The notes under the pieces: generated by a model | Database searches by the model: none | Told to the model about the DNA's origin: nothing | Seen by the model: only the letters and a program-made list of their open reading frames with translations | Source of the DNA: Octopus sinensis | Taxonomy: Eukaryota | Length of the DNA: 64,000 nt | NCBI RefSeq assembly: GCF_006345805.1 | Contig: NC_043013.1 | Span: 12,400,001 to 12,464,000 of the forward strand | Direction: 5' to 3' | Position numbers and translations under genes: made by a program | In this document: positions 13,358-26,603 of the stretch, piece by piece | Position numbering within the stretch: the first letter of the stretch is position 1 | Layout of the letters: every line of letters begins with the position of its first letter

Positions 13358-14271
13358 AATATATAGAAAGTCTCTGAGTGACCATCTGTGTATCATTCTA
13401 AATATACATACCTTTGGAAAGCATGATGCTGTGGTTTTTGTCTGAGTGAAAAAATCACTTCGCAGATGTGATGTGCTAAAACCACATTATGCGTAAGAGC
13501 TTGCTGAAGCTCCTTCCTGCTGTGACACATGTGAACAACTGTGGTGCTTCGCTATCACTCTACTTGGCGTGCTCGTGCTCGACAGTAATGTCTGCCCATT
13601 TGTCCACCTGCTTAGATGACAATTTGGATTTTGTCATCATAAACATCATCATCCTCATCATTGTTTTAAGGTTTTTAATGTCAACTTGTCTATCATCATG
13701 GCCATCAGTATCATCATCATCATCATCACCACCATCAGCACGATTATCTCTAAATATCATCCTCATCATATCTCTTACTACTGCCACCACCCTTACTTAT
13801 CTTGTTTTCAAGTTTTGGCACAAGGCCAGCAATTTTGAGGGGAAGGGGGTTAAGTCAATTATATCGACCCCATTGCTCCATAGGTACTTGTTTTATCGAA
13901 CCCCCGAAAGGATGAAAGAGGCAACCTTGATGGAATTTGCACTCAGAATGCAAAGATGGGCGAAATACTTCCAAGGATTTTTGCCCCGTGCTGTAACAAT
14001 TCCAATAGCTCACTGCCTTTTGCTCTTACTTAAATTGCTGCTACCATCTTTAACTCTACTGCCGCCATCACCATTTCCATCACATGCCTTGTTTTTACTC
14101 TTACACCGCCACCACCACCATTTCCCCCATTATTGTTGTCTTTACCACATCTCACACCATCACTGTCATCATCACCCGCCACCACCACCATCACCACACT
14201 TGTGATCACCATCGCCACCACCACTGTCACCAACACCATGAACACCACACTCATGATAATCATTGCCCACC

Positions 14272-14303
<32 letters not shown>

Positions 14304-14649
14304 CAACAACTATTGTTGCCACTACCAAACTCCTTTCTACCATCGCTATTTTCATAACCACCACCACCACCACTGCCACCATCTTCACTGTTCAGTTTAC
14401 ATGTTACCATTGTTGTCTATCATTATTATTTGTCTTCCTCCTCATCTGTCTCCTCTTCTTCTTACTCTATGCTCCTCTTCCCCCCGCCCCCATTTTATCT
14501 GTTCCAACTGATTCCTTCATCTACCATTATAAACTTTACTTTCAGGAGAGAATGAGTTGAGATCCCTGCAAGGTAGGACACAAATTCTTTCTATATTGCT
14601 GTTATGGTTAAAAAAAAAAAATTTACGGGGGAAGGACGGGAGGTGGGGT

Positions 14650-14842
14650 GGGGGCTGGTTCCCTTTGGGTCTTTCCTTAACTCTTAAAAACATTTAACCA
14701 AGCCATATCTGGCCCAAATATTCTATCTGTTCTATGTTCAAAACCAGGGGGCTGGTTCCCTTTGGGTCTTTCCTTAACTCTTAACCATTCAACCAAGCCA
14801 TATCTGGCCCAAATATTCTATCTGTTCTATGTTCAAAACCAG
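14650..14842 (+). repeat. Tandem duplication, 2 units of ~95-98 bp
   Basis: GGGGGCTGGTTCCCTTTGGGTCTTTCC...TTCAAAACCAG at 14650-14747 and 14748-14842. Confidence 0.9.
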
Positions 14843-15504
14843 CCAGATCCAGCTTCTCACACCTACCCTACAATGTCATTCTAAATTGTAAGCAATCACA
14901 TCATCAAAGTCTTGAAGCTATGGAGCTAATGCTTGAAGTGAACATTTGACAGAGTAATCTGAATGTTAAAGGGAGGTCACTGGGTCTTTGTGGGGTAATA
15001 GCAACAGTGTCTCCCTCTCTATTAATTAGGGTAGTCGTTAGCTGTTGTTTGTTTCTGTTTTTTTTTTTTTTTTCATTTTTGTTTGATTTCTTCTTTTCTT
15101 TGGTGAATAGGAGATTGCGGAAATGCCTTGTCTTTCAATGAGGCATGTCAGTTATTTCAGTAAAACTTCGTAAAGATGTATATGTGTGTATATATATTTG
15201 TACTTACATATATTTATATATGCATGCACGCACACACACATATATATATATATATATCTTGGTCTCACAATCCTGTTTGCTGGAGGATGGTAGAGGTTCG
15301 CTCCCCAACTGGCAATATATATGCTCAGGATGCAGTGCTGCACCGATAACCAGCTGGTGGAAGATCTGCCTGGGGTTAAACTGGTAGTACCGTGAAACAT
15401 ATTGATGTGGCAATTAACTTTGCTCGTTAGTATAGTTACTACTCTCATCTCTTATTGCAATTTTACAACTAGCTATTTTGCTTATATATATATAAATGTA
15501 TATA

Positions 15505-16301
15505 TCATCATCATCGTTTAACGTCCGCTTTCCATGCTGGCATGGGTTTGTCGGTTTGACTGGAGACCGGCGAACCAGATGGCTGCACCAGGCTCCAATC
15601 TGATCTGGCAAAGTTTCTACAGCTGGATGCCCTTCCTAACGCCAACCACTCTGAGAGTGTAGTGGGTGCTTTTACCTTTTACGTGCCACCACCGGCATGA
15701 GGGCCAGTCAGGCAGTACTAGCAACAGTCACGCTCAAATGGTGTTTTTACATGTCACCTGCACAGGGGCTAGTCCAGCGGTACTGGCAACGCCCTCGCTC
15801 GAATGTTGTTTTTCATGTATCACTGACACAAGGGCCAGTAAGGCGACACTGGTAACAATCATGCTCGAATGGTGCTTCTTACGTGTCACCGGCATGGGAA
15901 CCAGTCAGCTGCCCTGGCAGTGATCATGCTCAGATGGTGCTCTTAGTGCTCCACAACACGGATGCCAGTCATGCGGTGCTGTCATTGAATTTGATTTCGA
16001 TTTCACTTGCCCCAACAGGTCTTCGCAAGCAGAGTTTAGTGTCCAATGAAAGAAAGGTACGCCTAAGTGGGCTGGTTACACCACTGGCATAGGCCCCAGG
16101 CTATGGTCTCACTTGGCTTGCCGTGTCTTCTCAAGCACAGTATATTTCCAAAGGTCTCAGTCACTAGCCATTGCCTCAGTGAGGCCTAATGTTCGAAGGT
16201 CGTGCTTCACCACCTCATCCCAGGTCTTCCTGGGTCTACGTCTTTCCATAGTTTCCCTCAACTGCTAGGGTGTGGCTCTTTTTCACACAGCTATCCTCAT
16301 C
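15505..16301 (-). mobile_element. 5'-truncated RTE LINE (ORF2 end + 3' UTR + (GAT)n tail)
   Basis: Minus strand encodes RPRKTWDEVVKHDLRTLGLTEAMASD*DLWKYTVLEKTRQAK*, followed by a UTR ending GGACGTTAAACGATGATGATGA. Confidence 0.85.
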
Positions 16302-16464
16302 AATTCGAAAATTGAATATAAAATGGAATATACGAAAATTTATTAATCACTACAACTGTTTCGACACATCTAGCATCGACCCCTCATGGGATATATATAT
16401 ATATATATAGTTGAAATTTACAGAAAAAAGATGAAGACAGGTGTATAAACAACAGGCAGGTAAC

Positions 16465-16498
<34 letters not shown>

Positions 16499-16665
16499 AT
16501 GTATATATAGTAATAAGACACACAGCTTATTCTTATTTTTAAACTTTACATAACATACACATGTTTCTGGAAGCTAATTCGGACTGTTGCACAAACTGAT
16601 TACCCTGATTGAATACTCACACCTATGATCAAAATTGTTATATGTTTGTCCCATTTTTTATTTAG

Positions 16666-16737
16666 ATTTGATGTTGAGATACGGCCCTCTATGACGAGTG
16701 TCGATAACAGGCACATGCCGTCAGTAAATTACTCAGG
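16666..16737 (+). CDS. Candidate 72-nt internal exon (FDVEIRPSMTSVDNRHMPSVNYSG), host gene unknown
   Basis: tttttatttag|...TCAGG|gtaggc; phase 2-2, only one frame open, unique sequence; no homology recognised. Confidence 0.25.
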
Positions 16738-17852
16738 GTAGGCTGTTGGTGATGTTTATAGAGTGAAACACACAAAAAGATAAGCCAAATATAGGCAGGC
16801 GACTGAGTTGTAGGCAGATTTACTTCTGTCTTTATAACTTATAAAGAAAATGTAGGAATGTACATGGCACGTGTTCTACAGAAGTTCTATGCATATCTTT
16901 AATAGAGGCAGGGGTAAATTATGCCTACCTAATCTACAAAAATGTAAAATATTTTGTATTTTATGCATAGTAATCAGAGTAACCTTCATAATTTTATTGA
17001 ATTAGGTGCATATTTTGCCATAAAAGGAAAATGTTATTATCGATCTATTTTATTCAGGGTAGGCACTATCTACCTTGCCTACCCAGGTGACATGTCCCTG
17101 GCAGATAAGGATTGTCTTATTCAGTAAGGTATTGTGTATCTACAACTTGAAAGATAATGTCTGAGAGTGTAGACTTCCTTTTCAAAGACAATGGATCATG
17201 CTTTGTGGGTATTTTTGACTGCTATTTCTAGCACCATCATCATCTACTGCAAAAAAATTGGATCAGTTGTGCTACAACTACCATTGGTACTACGTCTGTG
17301 GCCACAACAACCATCACCGTTACAATAGCCACCACTGCTGCTTGCTTCTACCATTATGACAACCACGACAGACACTGCCGCCACCACTACAAACACCACC
17401 ACTACTACCTCAGCCACTGCCACCAACAACACCACTGCCGCTACGGCCACTACAACCATCACCACCATTGCCTGCATCATTGCCATCACAGCCGCCATCC
17501 GACTCTTTCTACCACACAACCATCCATCTCTGCAACCATTGTAGCCAGCACTACCACCACAACCACCACCACTATCATCATCATCATCATCATCCACCAC
17601 TACTAGCACCCCAGCCACCACAACCACCACCACTATCATCATCATCATCATCATCATCCACCACTACTAGCACCCCAGCCACCACCACCACCACCAACAA
17701 CAACAACAGCAACTGCCTGACTTGTCATTTCTCAATTTCCATCAGCCCATCCAATCAAGGAAGAAACTGAGAACAATAATTTTAAAATCTTATTGGAATC
17801 GCTGTCCTGTATATTTATTTATTTATTAACTTATTTATCAATTTATTTATTC

Positions 17853-17887
<35 letters not shown>

Positions 17888-18664
17888 CATTTCTTCTTCA
17901 TCTCATCTTTTATCATCATCATCATCATCATCATCATCGTCGTCGTCTTCATCATCTCTCTCTGTCTCTTGTCTTGTCTGTCTCTCTCTTTCTTTCTGTC
18001 TTCATCTTCTGGTATAATTAGCCGGGTTTTGCTTTATTTTCTTCACAGAATCATTTAGAAAAAAAAAAAGACAGAAAGACAGCAGAGTGGGAGGGAGAGA
18101 GGCAGAGAGACAGAGAGAGAAAGAGTGTTTAGGAGAGAAGACAGAGAGAAAGTATGTGTGTTTTGAGAGAGAGAAAGGAGGAGGAGTGTGTGTGTGTATG
18201 TGAAAAACGGACAGAGTGAGTATTGAAAAGAGGGGTTTGTAAGGAGAGAGAGAGAGAGAGAAGGACAGACAATGTTTAAGAGAACAAGGGGGGGAAGAAT
18301 GAGAGACGGGGGGGCGGGGAGAGAGAGACTTGGAAGTATCAGAGGACAGCGTCGGTGTTCATCAAACATTTCTGGACGATTCTGCACCCAATCTCTCTCT
18401 CTCTCACCTTGTAATTACAAACACTGCCTTTAGATGGTGGTGGTCGTGGAAGGGAGAGGAGCATGGTAATTATGATGACAATGAACATATTAAAGATGTT
18501 CGTGCTCGCGTGCATGTGTGTGTGTGTGTATGGAGATAGATATTAAAGATATGTGTACATATGTATGCATGGATAAATACATATATATACACATATATAT
18601 GTGTGTGTATATATATATATAATATATATATATATATTATATACATACATATATATATATATGT

Positions 18665-18699
<35 letters not shown>

Positions 18700-18991
18700 G
18701 TGTGTGTGTATATATATATATGTGTGTGTGTGTGTATATATATATATACACACACACACGTATATATATGTATATATATGGTGACTGCATATTTCTGAAT
18801 ATCTATCACCACCACACCCATATACACACTCATAAACAATGTGGGTGTGCACACCTAAGTAGATCTAAAGTTTGTGTAGGGGGGGGTGTATACATATGTG
18901 TGTTTATGTGCATATATACATAATTTATATATCTGTATACATTTTATATATAAAATGTATTTATGTATAGGTATATAGAAGAAGAGTTGGG

Positions 18992-19054
<63 letters not shown>

Positions 19055-19081
19055 TTATGTATGTATATGTGTGTATATGTT

Positions 19082-19131
<50 letters not shown>

Positions 19132-19800
19132 TATGTTTAATGTTATGAATATATGTACAGACATTTAATATATCTATCTATCTGTCGATGTAGCTATCTA
19201 TCTGTCCGTCTGTCTATCTATCTACCTGTCTATCTATCTGTCTGTCTGTCTGTCTATCTACATACCTATCTGTCTATCTACATACCTATCTATCTATCTA
19301 CTATCTATCTATCTACCTATCTATCCATCTATCTATCTCTATCTATCTATCTATCTACCTATCTACCTACCTATCTATCTATCTATCTATCTATCTGTCT
19401 CTCTGTCTATCTATCTATCTATCTGTCTCTCTGTCTATCCATCTATCTATCTATCTATCTATCTGTCTGTCTACCTATCTATCAATGTGTGTTTGTGTGT
19501 GTATTCAGAGAGAGAGAGAGAGATGAGAAATGTTATGGTGTTATCCTCCTCTCTTCTTTGGTGTGTGTGTGCGTACCTCTCTTTTAAAGTGCGTCTATGC
19601 ATCTGTTTGTAATGCCATTGTGCGTGAGTGTATGTCTGTAGTGTTCCACTGTGTGTATATACGTTTACGATGGCACTGTGCATGCATGCGTGTGCAGCGT
19701 GGCTGTCAGATGCTGCACATGTTGATTGAACTCCTCTAATCCACTGCATTTCTGCTGCAATCATTATTCAATCAATACTCATTCCATTCCCTGATTACAG

Positions 19801-19899
19801 GTGTGCGTCTAACGGGGGCCCTCTACCTACCTACCTAACCTACCTACCACCACCACTGCCTGCCATCGCTCCTACACCTATGCATGCACCTGCAGCACG
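19801..19899 (+). CDS. Candidate 99-nt exon (alternative donor at 19913): CASNGGPLPTYLTYLPPPLPAIAPTPMHAPAAR(YGYAG)
   Basis: ccctgattacag| acceptor, CTAAT upstream, donors CG|gtatgg and AG|gttagg, one open frame; part of it is CTAC/CAC microsatellite. Confidence 0.25.
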
Positions 19900-20153
19900 G
19901 TATGGGTATGCAGGTTAGGTGGTTGGTGGTTGGTGGTTGCGGTTATGGTAGTAGTGTTGCTTTTATTTCATCTCTTTCTGTTCATTAGGTAATTTGGCTG
20001 ACCACTCCCCCTTCATCATCATCATTATCATCACAACCACCACCACCACCACTGCCTTCCTCATCCTCAGATCTTCATATTATTGTTATTGATGTTGTTG
20101 CTGTTGTTGTTGTTGTTGTTGATGTTATTGCTTTTGTTGTTCATTATGGTGTT

Positions 20154-20184
<31 letters not shown>

Positions 20185-20321
20185 TTATTATTATTATTCG
20201 TTTTGAGGTTCCTCTTTCTCCTCCTCCTCCTGCTGTTCCTTTCTTTCGTCTTGCATTATCTTGCTCCTTGATAAACATCTTCTTCTTCAGCATTATAAGA
20301 ATTACAATAATCATCATTTGC

Positions 20322-20353
<32 letters not shown>

Positions 20354-20432
20354 CCACCACCATCACCATCATCATCATCACCATTATTATCAACATCACC
20401 ATCATCATCATCATCATCACCATTATTATCAA

Positions 20433-20471
<39 letters not shown>

Positions 20472-20792
20472 TATCATTATCTCATCATCATTGTCATCAT
20501 CATCATCATCATCATCATCACCATTGTTCCTATTAAGAGCTTCATCTTAATCATTATTTCTTTGATCATCATCGTCTTCGTTGCTCAATCTCTTCACCGC
20601 TACTCATCCCCTGTTTTCCACACATACATTGTTCCCTAATCCAAACCCAACTTTGCTGGCCACCTCCCTAAAAACTTGCCCTAAAACTAGTCCCTAAGGT
20701 CAGCCAATAATTCCTCTGGGTAACCCCTGTTACTTTCTTATTTACAAAACTGCATCCATTGTTTAGTGTGGATGTTGTTGTTTACCAAGTTT

Positions 20793-21130
20793 AGACTGTG
20801 GCCATGCTGGAGCACTGCCTTTAGTCGAGCAAATCGACCCCAGGACTTATTCCTTGTAAGTCTAGAACGCAAACTTACGGGGATGTAAACACACCAGCAT
20901 CGGTTGTCAAGTGATGTTGTGGGGTTGGGGAGACAGACACACATACATACACATATATACATATATACGATGGGCTTCTTTCAGTTTCTGTCTACGAAAT
21001 CCACTCACAAGGCTTTGGTCGGCCTGAGGCTATAGTAGAAGATACTTGCTCAAGGTGCCAGACAGTGGGACTTAACCTGGAACCATGTGGTTGGTAAGCA
21101 AACTACTTACCTCACAGCACTCCTGTGCCT
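20793..21130 (-). mobile_element. SINE family A copy
   Basis: Reverse complement of the consensus. Confidence 0.85.
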
Positions 21131-22809
21131 ATATATATATGTGTGTGTGTGTGTGTGCATACACATATAGACATACATGAGAGGGGAGAGGGAGAGAGAC
21201 AGAGCAATATGAAGAAAGGAGGTCCACAAGTGTTTAATATAGCAATAATAAAAGCCTCAAATCCTTCATCTCTCATTGCCACTGCCAGAGAAATATCGGT
21301 AATTCCAGATCAACTTTCACTGAGCAAACCAATGATTAAAGGCAATCCAACCACGACCACTCTGCCTACTTTTGTCAGACATATTGTGCATCTTAAAAAA
21401 AAGTGTCTTTAAAAAAAAAATTATAGGGGGTTTGATTTTTGGGGAAAGCCTGTAGTGTAACTGCATAGACACTCTGACCCCTATTGTTGGTCTATCAGGT
21501 CCTTTGGTTGCTGTCGTAGGTGTTTTAGGGTCAGGGCGTTCCTGTTGACAACCTTTGTTCCAGCATATGACCTAGACCTTGTTTATTTAACTAAGGGGTC
21601 ACAGGTGTTTGGTCTACTTCATCATCCTCCCATTCCATGAGCAGGTGCAGGTGTTGCTACATGGTGAAGACATTTGCTTCCCAACTGTGTGGTCTTGGGT
21701 TCAGTTCCACTGCATGGTATCTTGGAGCAAATGTCTTCTATTTGTAGCCTCAGATCGACCGAAGCCTTGAGAGTAAATTTGGCTGATGGAAACTGAAAGA
21801 AGCCCCTGATGTTTAGATGTAAAATTGAAGTTACCTTTATGACTCAACTCCTAAGGGCTGGTTTCCCGGTTTCCATGACATTTAAATTCCCCACCTGGAC
21901 AGGACGCCAGTCCGTTGCAGGATAACTTATTCTTGCTAGCTAAGTGGACCGGAGCATCGTGAAATGAAGTGTTTTCCTCAAGAACACATGTCGCCCAGTC
22001 CAGGAATCGAAACCACAATCTTACGATCAGGAGTCCAACACCCTAACCACTAAGCCATGTGCCTCCACTACGTGTATGTGTGTTTGCACTTCCTGTCTTG
22101 TCATCAATTGGTAGCTGTAAACAGACATCCCCGCCATACAAGCAGTGTCATTCAATTCCGCTCTTTCATGATAACATATGCCTGGTCATGCTAGGAAACA
22201 GGTGAGGGTTGGTGACCCAAAGAGCATCCGACCGTAGAAAGTCTGCTTCAGAGGATTCTGTCTGACTGATGCAAGCACGGTAAAAACGGTGGTAGGTGGC
22301 GGGGGGGGGGGGAGACTATTAGTGGCAGGGGTGATGGGGAAGAGAATAATGGTAGTGGTGATTTCTCAGCCATTCATACCATTTACTCTGTGATTTATCA
22401 ATGGGTGTAGTATACTAACATTGTGGGTACCACTTGCTTGATTCATAGCAAACAAGACCACCACCACCACATGCAAATACTATTAGTGGTGGTGGTGGTG
22501 GTGGTGGTGTATGTTTAGCATTAACAACATGACCACCCCTATCTTCTGATGTTTCTATTTCCCTAGCAACAGTAGGGTAAAGAATGCAAAAAAAAGAATA
22601 CAAAAGCTTCAGAAAAACCAGATTTGACTGATTTTGCCACTTAATTTGCTGCTGCTGCTACTACTGCTACTGCTATCTATATTAATAATGATGATAATAG
22701 TAAAATGATAATAATAATTGTCTCAAATTTAGGCTTAGGGCCAACAGTTTCAAGGAGTGGGGTTTGTTGATTCTATTAACCTCAAGTATTAATAATAATG
22801 GTTTCAAAT

Positions 22810-23395
22810 TTTGGCACAAAGCCAGCAATTTTAGGGAGGTGGGTATGTCGATTACGTTGACTCCTGGAAGAACGAAAGGTAAAGTCATCCTTGGTGAGAT
22901 TTGAACTCAGATCATAAAGCTTGAATAAATGCCACTAAGCATTTTGTCCAGCACAATAATGATTCTGCCAGTTAACCATCTTTAATAATAATAATAATTG
23001 CCAGTCATGAGGCCAAACGTCTCTGGAAGTTTCATCTGAATCCGTCCAGCGGTTCTTGAGATATCTTGTCCACAGACAAACAAACAAACAAATATGACTG
23101 AAAACAATACCTCTGCCTTCACTTTCTATTATAGGCATAAGGCCTGAAATTTGTGGAGAAACAGCCAGTCGATTAAATCAACCCCAGTGTTTCACTGGTA
23201 TTTGATTTATTCATTTCTACTCTAGGCACAAGGCACGAAATTTTGGGGGAGGGGGCCAGTCAATTAGATCGACCCCAGTACACAACTGGTATTTAATTTA
23301 TTGGCTCTGGAACTCAGAATGTAAAGATGGATGAAATGCCACTAAGTATTTCGCCCAGTGTGCTAACGGTTCTGCCAGTTCATTGCCTTAGCTAA
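22810..23395 (-). mobile_element. SINE family B copies in (AAT)n tracts
   Basis: Reverse-complement family B motifs (GAAAGGTAAAGTC, TTTGAACTCAG, CTGCCAG). Confidence 0.75.
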
Positions 23396-23424
23396 TAATA
23401 ATAATAATAATAATAATAACAACA

Positions 23425-23662
23425 ATAATTGGCTTCGGTGCTGGTGGCATGCAAAATGCACCAACCAATTGTGGCTGCTGCCAGCCTCCCCTGGCACATA
23501 AAAAGCACCCACTACACTCAAGGAAGGGCATCCAGCTGTAGAAACACTGCCAGATCAGACTGGAGCCTGGTGCAGCCTCCTGGCTTCCCAGACCCCGGTC
23601 GAACCGTCCAACCCATGCCAGCATAGAAAATGGACGTTAAACGATGATGATGATGATGATGA
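23425..23662 (+). mobile_element. RTE 3' UTR fragment with (GAT)n tail
   Basis: GGAAGGGCATCCAGCTGTAGAAAC...GGACGTTAAACGATGATGATG; same UTR as 15505-16100; further pieces at 25785-25947(-) and 28540-28695(+). Confidence 0.8.
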
Positions 23663-24293
23663 GTAATAGGGATTTTTTACATTGGTTTAAAATCTGATAT
23701 TTATTTTATCGACCCTGGAAGATGAAAGGCAAAAGTAGACTTCGGCATCGATAGAATTCAGATTGTAAAAGGGATAGAGCTACATAAATCCCACAAAATA
23801 TATTGTTTAAGTGCTCCACCGATTCTACTATCTGTTTCTGTCGGACACTAGAATTTACTACAATGGTAGTTGCAATAATAATACTAATAATTATAATAAT
23901 AATAATAATAATAAGACCAATGGTGATGAGTTTCTTAATGGTATTAGGTTGGGTACGGGCAGTGAGAAGGTGGCATTTGTTAGATGTTACGGAAGAGTAA
24001 GTAGTTAGCTGCAGACACACTTGATAGGATTAATGTTCTTGGGAGACGACAGGAAGGAGAGAAAGTTAGCTGTGTTGGAATTACCGATATTTCTCTTGTG
24101 CTGGCAGCGGCAACGAGAGATGAAGGATTCGAGGCTTTTATTATTGCTATATTTAAACACTTGTGGACCTACTTTTCTTCATAGCGTACCTCTTCGTATT
24201 GCTCCGTCTCTGCCCCTCCCTCTCATGTATGTCTGTGTGTGTATGCACACGCACACACACACACACACATAGTATACATATATACATATACAG

Positions 24294-24325
<32 letters not shown>

Positions 24326-24533
24326 TATATGTATATATGTATATTATATATATATGTTTGTATATATATATGTGTATATCTATATATGTATATATATATA
24401 TATGTATATATATATATGTTTGTATATATTATATGTGTATATATATATGTATATATATGTATGTATATATATATGTGTATATATATATGTATATATATTA
24501 TATATATATATATATATATACATATATATATAC

Positions 24534-24617
<84 letters not shown>

Positions 24618-25089
24618 TGTATATATGGCACTTGGGTCCATCTCTCTGGTTTCCTTCTGCATCTCTTCTCTTCTTTCTTTCTCGCTCTCTCTCTCTCTCC
24701 CCCTCTCCTCCGTTATCTCTCTTTGATATAAGGAAACGGCAATTTCAAAAGTCAACACAAGACTAAACTACAGGGATATGCAGAATATATTATCACCATT
24801 GTTAGAACGGTGTTGGTGGTGGCCGCTGTGTCGGCAGTTGTGGCCACTAGTATTGGTAGTTGTGATTGTGGTGGTTAAAGGGGTAATCAGAGCAGTGACT
24901 ATGCCTTCTGTAACCATAGAAACATCGGCGGTTGCTGTTGTGTGTGGAGGGGGGGTAGTAGTAGTAGTAGTAGTAGCTGTAGCAGTAGTAATAATAGTAG
25001 TAGTAGTTATAATGGTTGTCATAATGTTGGTGTTGGTTGTTGTGATTATGGTTTTTATTATTACTAATAGTAATAATAATAATAATAAT

Positions 25090-26050
25090 CCTTTCTACTA
25101 TAGGCACAAGGCCTGAAATTTTGGTGGAGGGGGCCAGTCAATTAGATTGACCTCAGTATGCAACTGGTAACTTAATTTATCAATCCCGAAAGGAGGAAAA
25201 GCAAAGTCGACCTCAGCGGAATTTGAACTCAGAAGGTAGTGATACAAAATACCGCTAAGCATTTCATACAATGTGCTAACGATTCTTTTCTAGTCTAGAC
25301 ACAACGCCCGGTACTTAATTTATCAACCTCGAAAGGCAAAGTTGAACTCAGGACGTAAAGACAGACGAAATACCACTAAGCATTTCGCCCGGCGTGCTAA
25401 TGATTCTGCCAGCTCACCGCCCCTAATAATATAAATGTATTCTTTTCTACTCTAGGCGCAAGGTCCAAAATTTTGGGGGAGGGGGCCACTCGATTTGATC
25501 AACCCCAGTACTCAGCTGGTACTTTATTTATCAACCCGAAAGGATGAAAGGCAAAATTGGCCATGGCAGAATTTGAACTCAGAACGTAAAGACAGACGGA
25601 ATACCGCTAAGCATTTCGCCTGGCGTGCTAACGTTTCTGCCAGCTCACCGCCTTAATAATAATAATAATAATAATAAATAATAATAATAATAATATAATA
25701 ATATAATAATAATAATAATAAACGTTTCTGCCAGCTCACCGCCTTAATAATAATAATAATAATAATAATAGTAATAATAATAATCATCATCATCATCATC
25801 ATCGTTTAACGTCCGCTTTCCGCGCTAGCACGGGTTGGACGGTTCGACCGGGTCTGGGAAGCCAGGGGCCGCTCCAGGCTCCAGTCTGAATCTGGCAGAG
25901 TTTCTACGGCTGGATGCCCTTCCTAACGCCAACCACTCCGTGAGTGGATTATAATAATAATAATTCATAACCCTTTCTACTGAAAGCACAAGGCCATGAA
26001 ATTATAGGGGACGGTGACTAGACGATTACATTAACCCCAGTGAATTGCTG
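25090..26050 (-). mobile_element. Cluster of SINE family B copies plus an RTE UTR fragment within (AAT)n
   Basis: Repeated reverse-complement family B units. Confidence 0.8.
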
Positions 26051-26340
26051 GTACTTAATAACAATAAAAATAATAATAATGACAGTGGTAATGACCAAGG
26101 TTTAGTTAACAGCACTAATAGTAGTAGTGGTTATTGTTGTTGTTGTTTGGGTAGAGGTCACAGTAGGAAAAATGGTTGTGGTTGTAGTTGTTGTAGCAAT
26201 GGTCATTGCTATTGTTGTTTTTGTTTTACCCCCAGATTGAAAATGTGTTCACTAAACCTATGATCGAAGGCATTCTGTCTGTGACCACCCTCGGCTCTTT
26301 TTCCTTGTGTATGTATGTCTTTTAGATATTGTGTAATAAA

Positions 26341-26603
26341 TACATCCAATGTGTCCTGCTTTTTCAAAACAGTAAGAGCATGATTTGCAAGACATTTCAT
26401 AACTATTTCTAGCAAATCATATATATATATATATATATATACATATATATATAGGGAGAGTTTACGAAAAAAACAAAAGACGAAGACAGGTGGTGTACAA
26501 AACAAACAGATGTATTAGTATAACGCTCAGGAATAGAAAAAAGTCTTTTACGTTTCGAGCCTACGCTCTTCTATGGAAAGGGACACAGAAAAAACAAGGA
26601 GAG
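26341..26603 (-). mobile_element. Short hammerhead-module element (core mutated) + (TA)n + 75-bp extension
   Basis: Minus strand CTTT-CCATAGA-A-GAGC-GTAG-GCTC-GAAA-CG-TA-AAAG at 26545-26580; homologous to 57966-58217(+) and 59248-59397(-). Confidence 0.75.

Noticed and set aside
13489-14205. 238-aa ORF
   Set aside because: Runs through (CAT)n tracts and an antisense SINE B copy
15255-15450. Unique-looking segment with short ORFs on both strands (YICSGC...)
   Set aside because: No convincing motif; could not be assigned to GIY-YIG or a host gene
19820-19860. YLTYLPPP resemblance to the Runx YHTYLPPP motif
   Set aside because: Generated by (CTAC)n/(CAC)n microsatellite; no Runt domain in the window
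24163-24766. Overlapping IY/YI-rich ORFs (also 18470-18923, 30316-30841)
   Set aside because: (TA)n/(TATG)n tracts lack stops in some frames
26236-26308. Exon candidate IENVFTKPMIEGILSVTTLGSFSL
   Set aside because: Donor lies in a TATG microsatellite next to a repeat; no independent support
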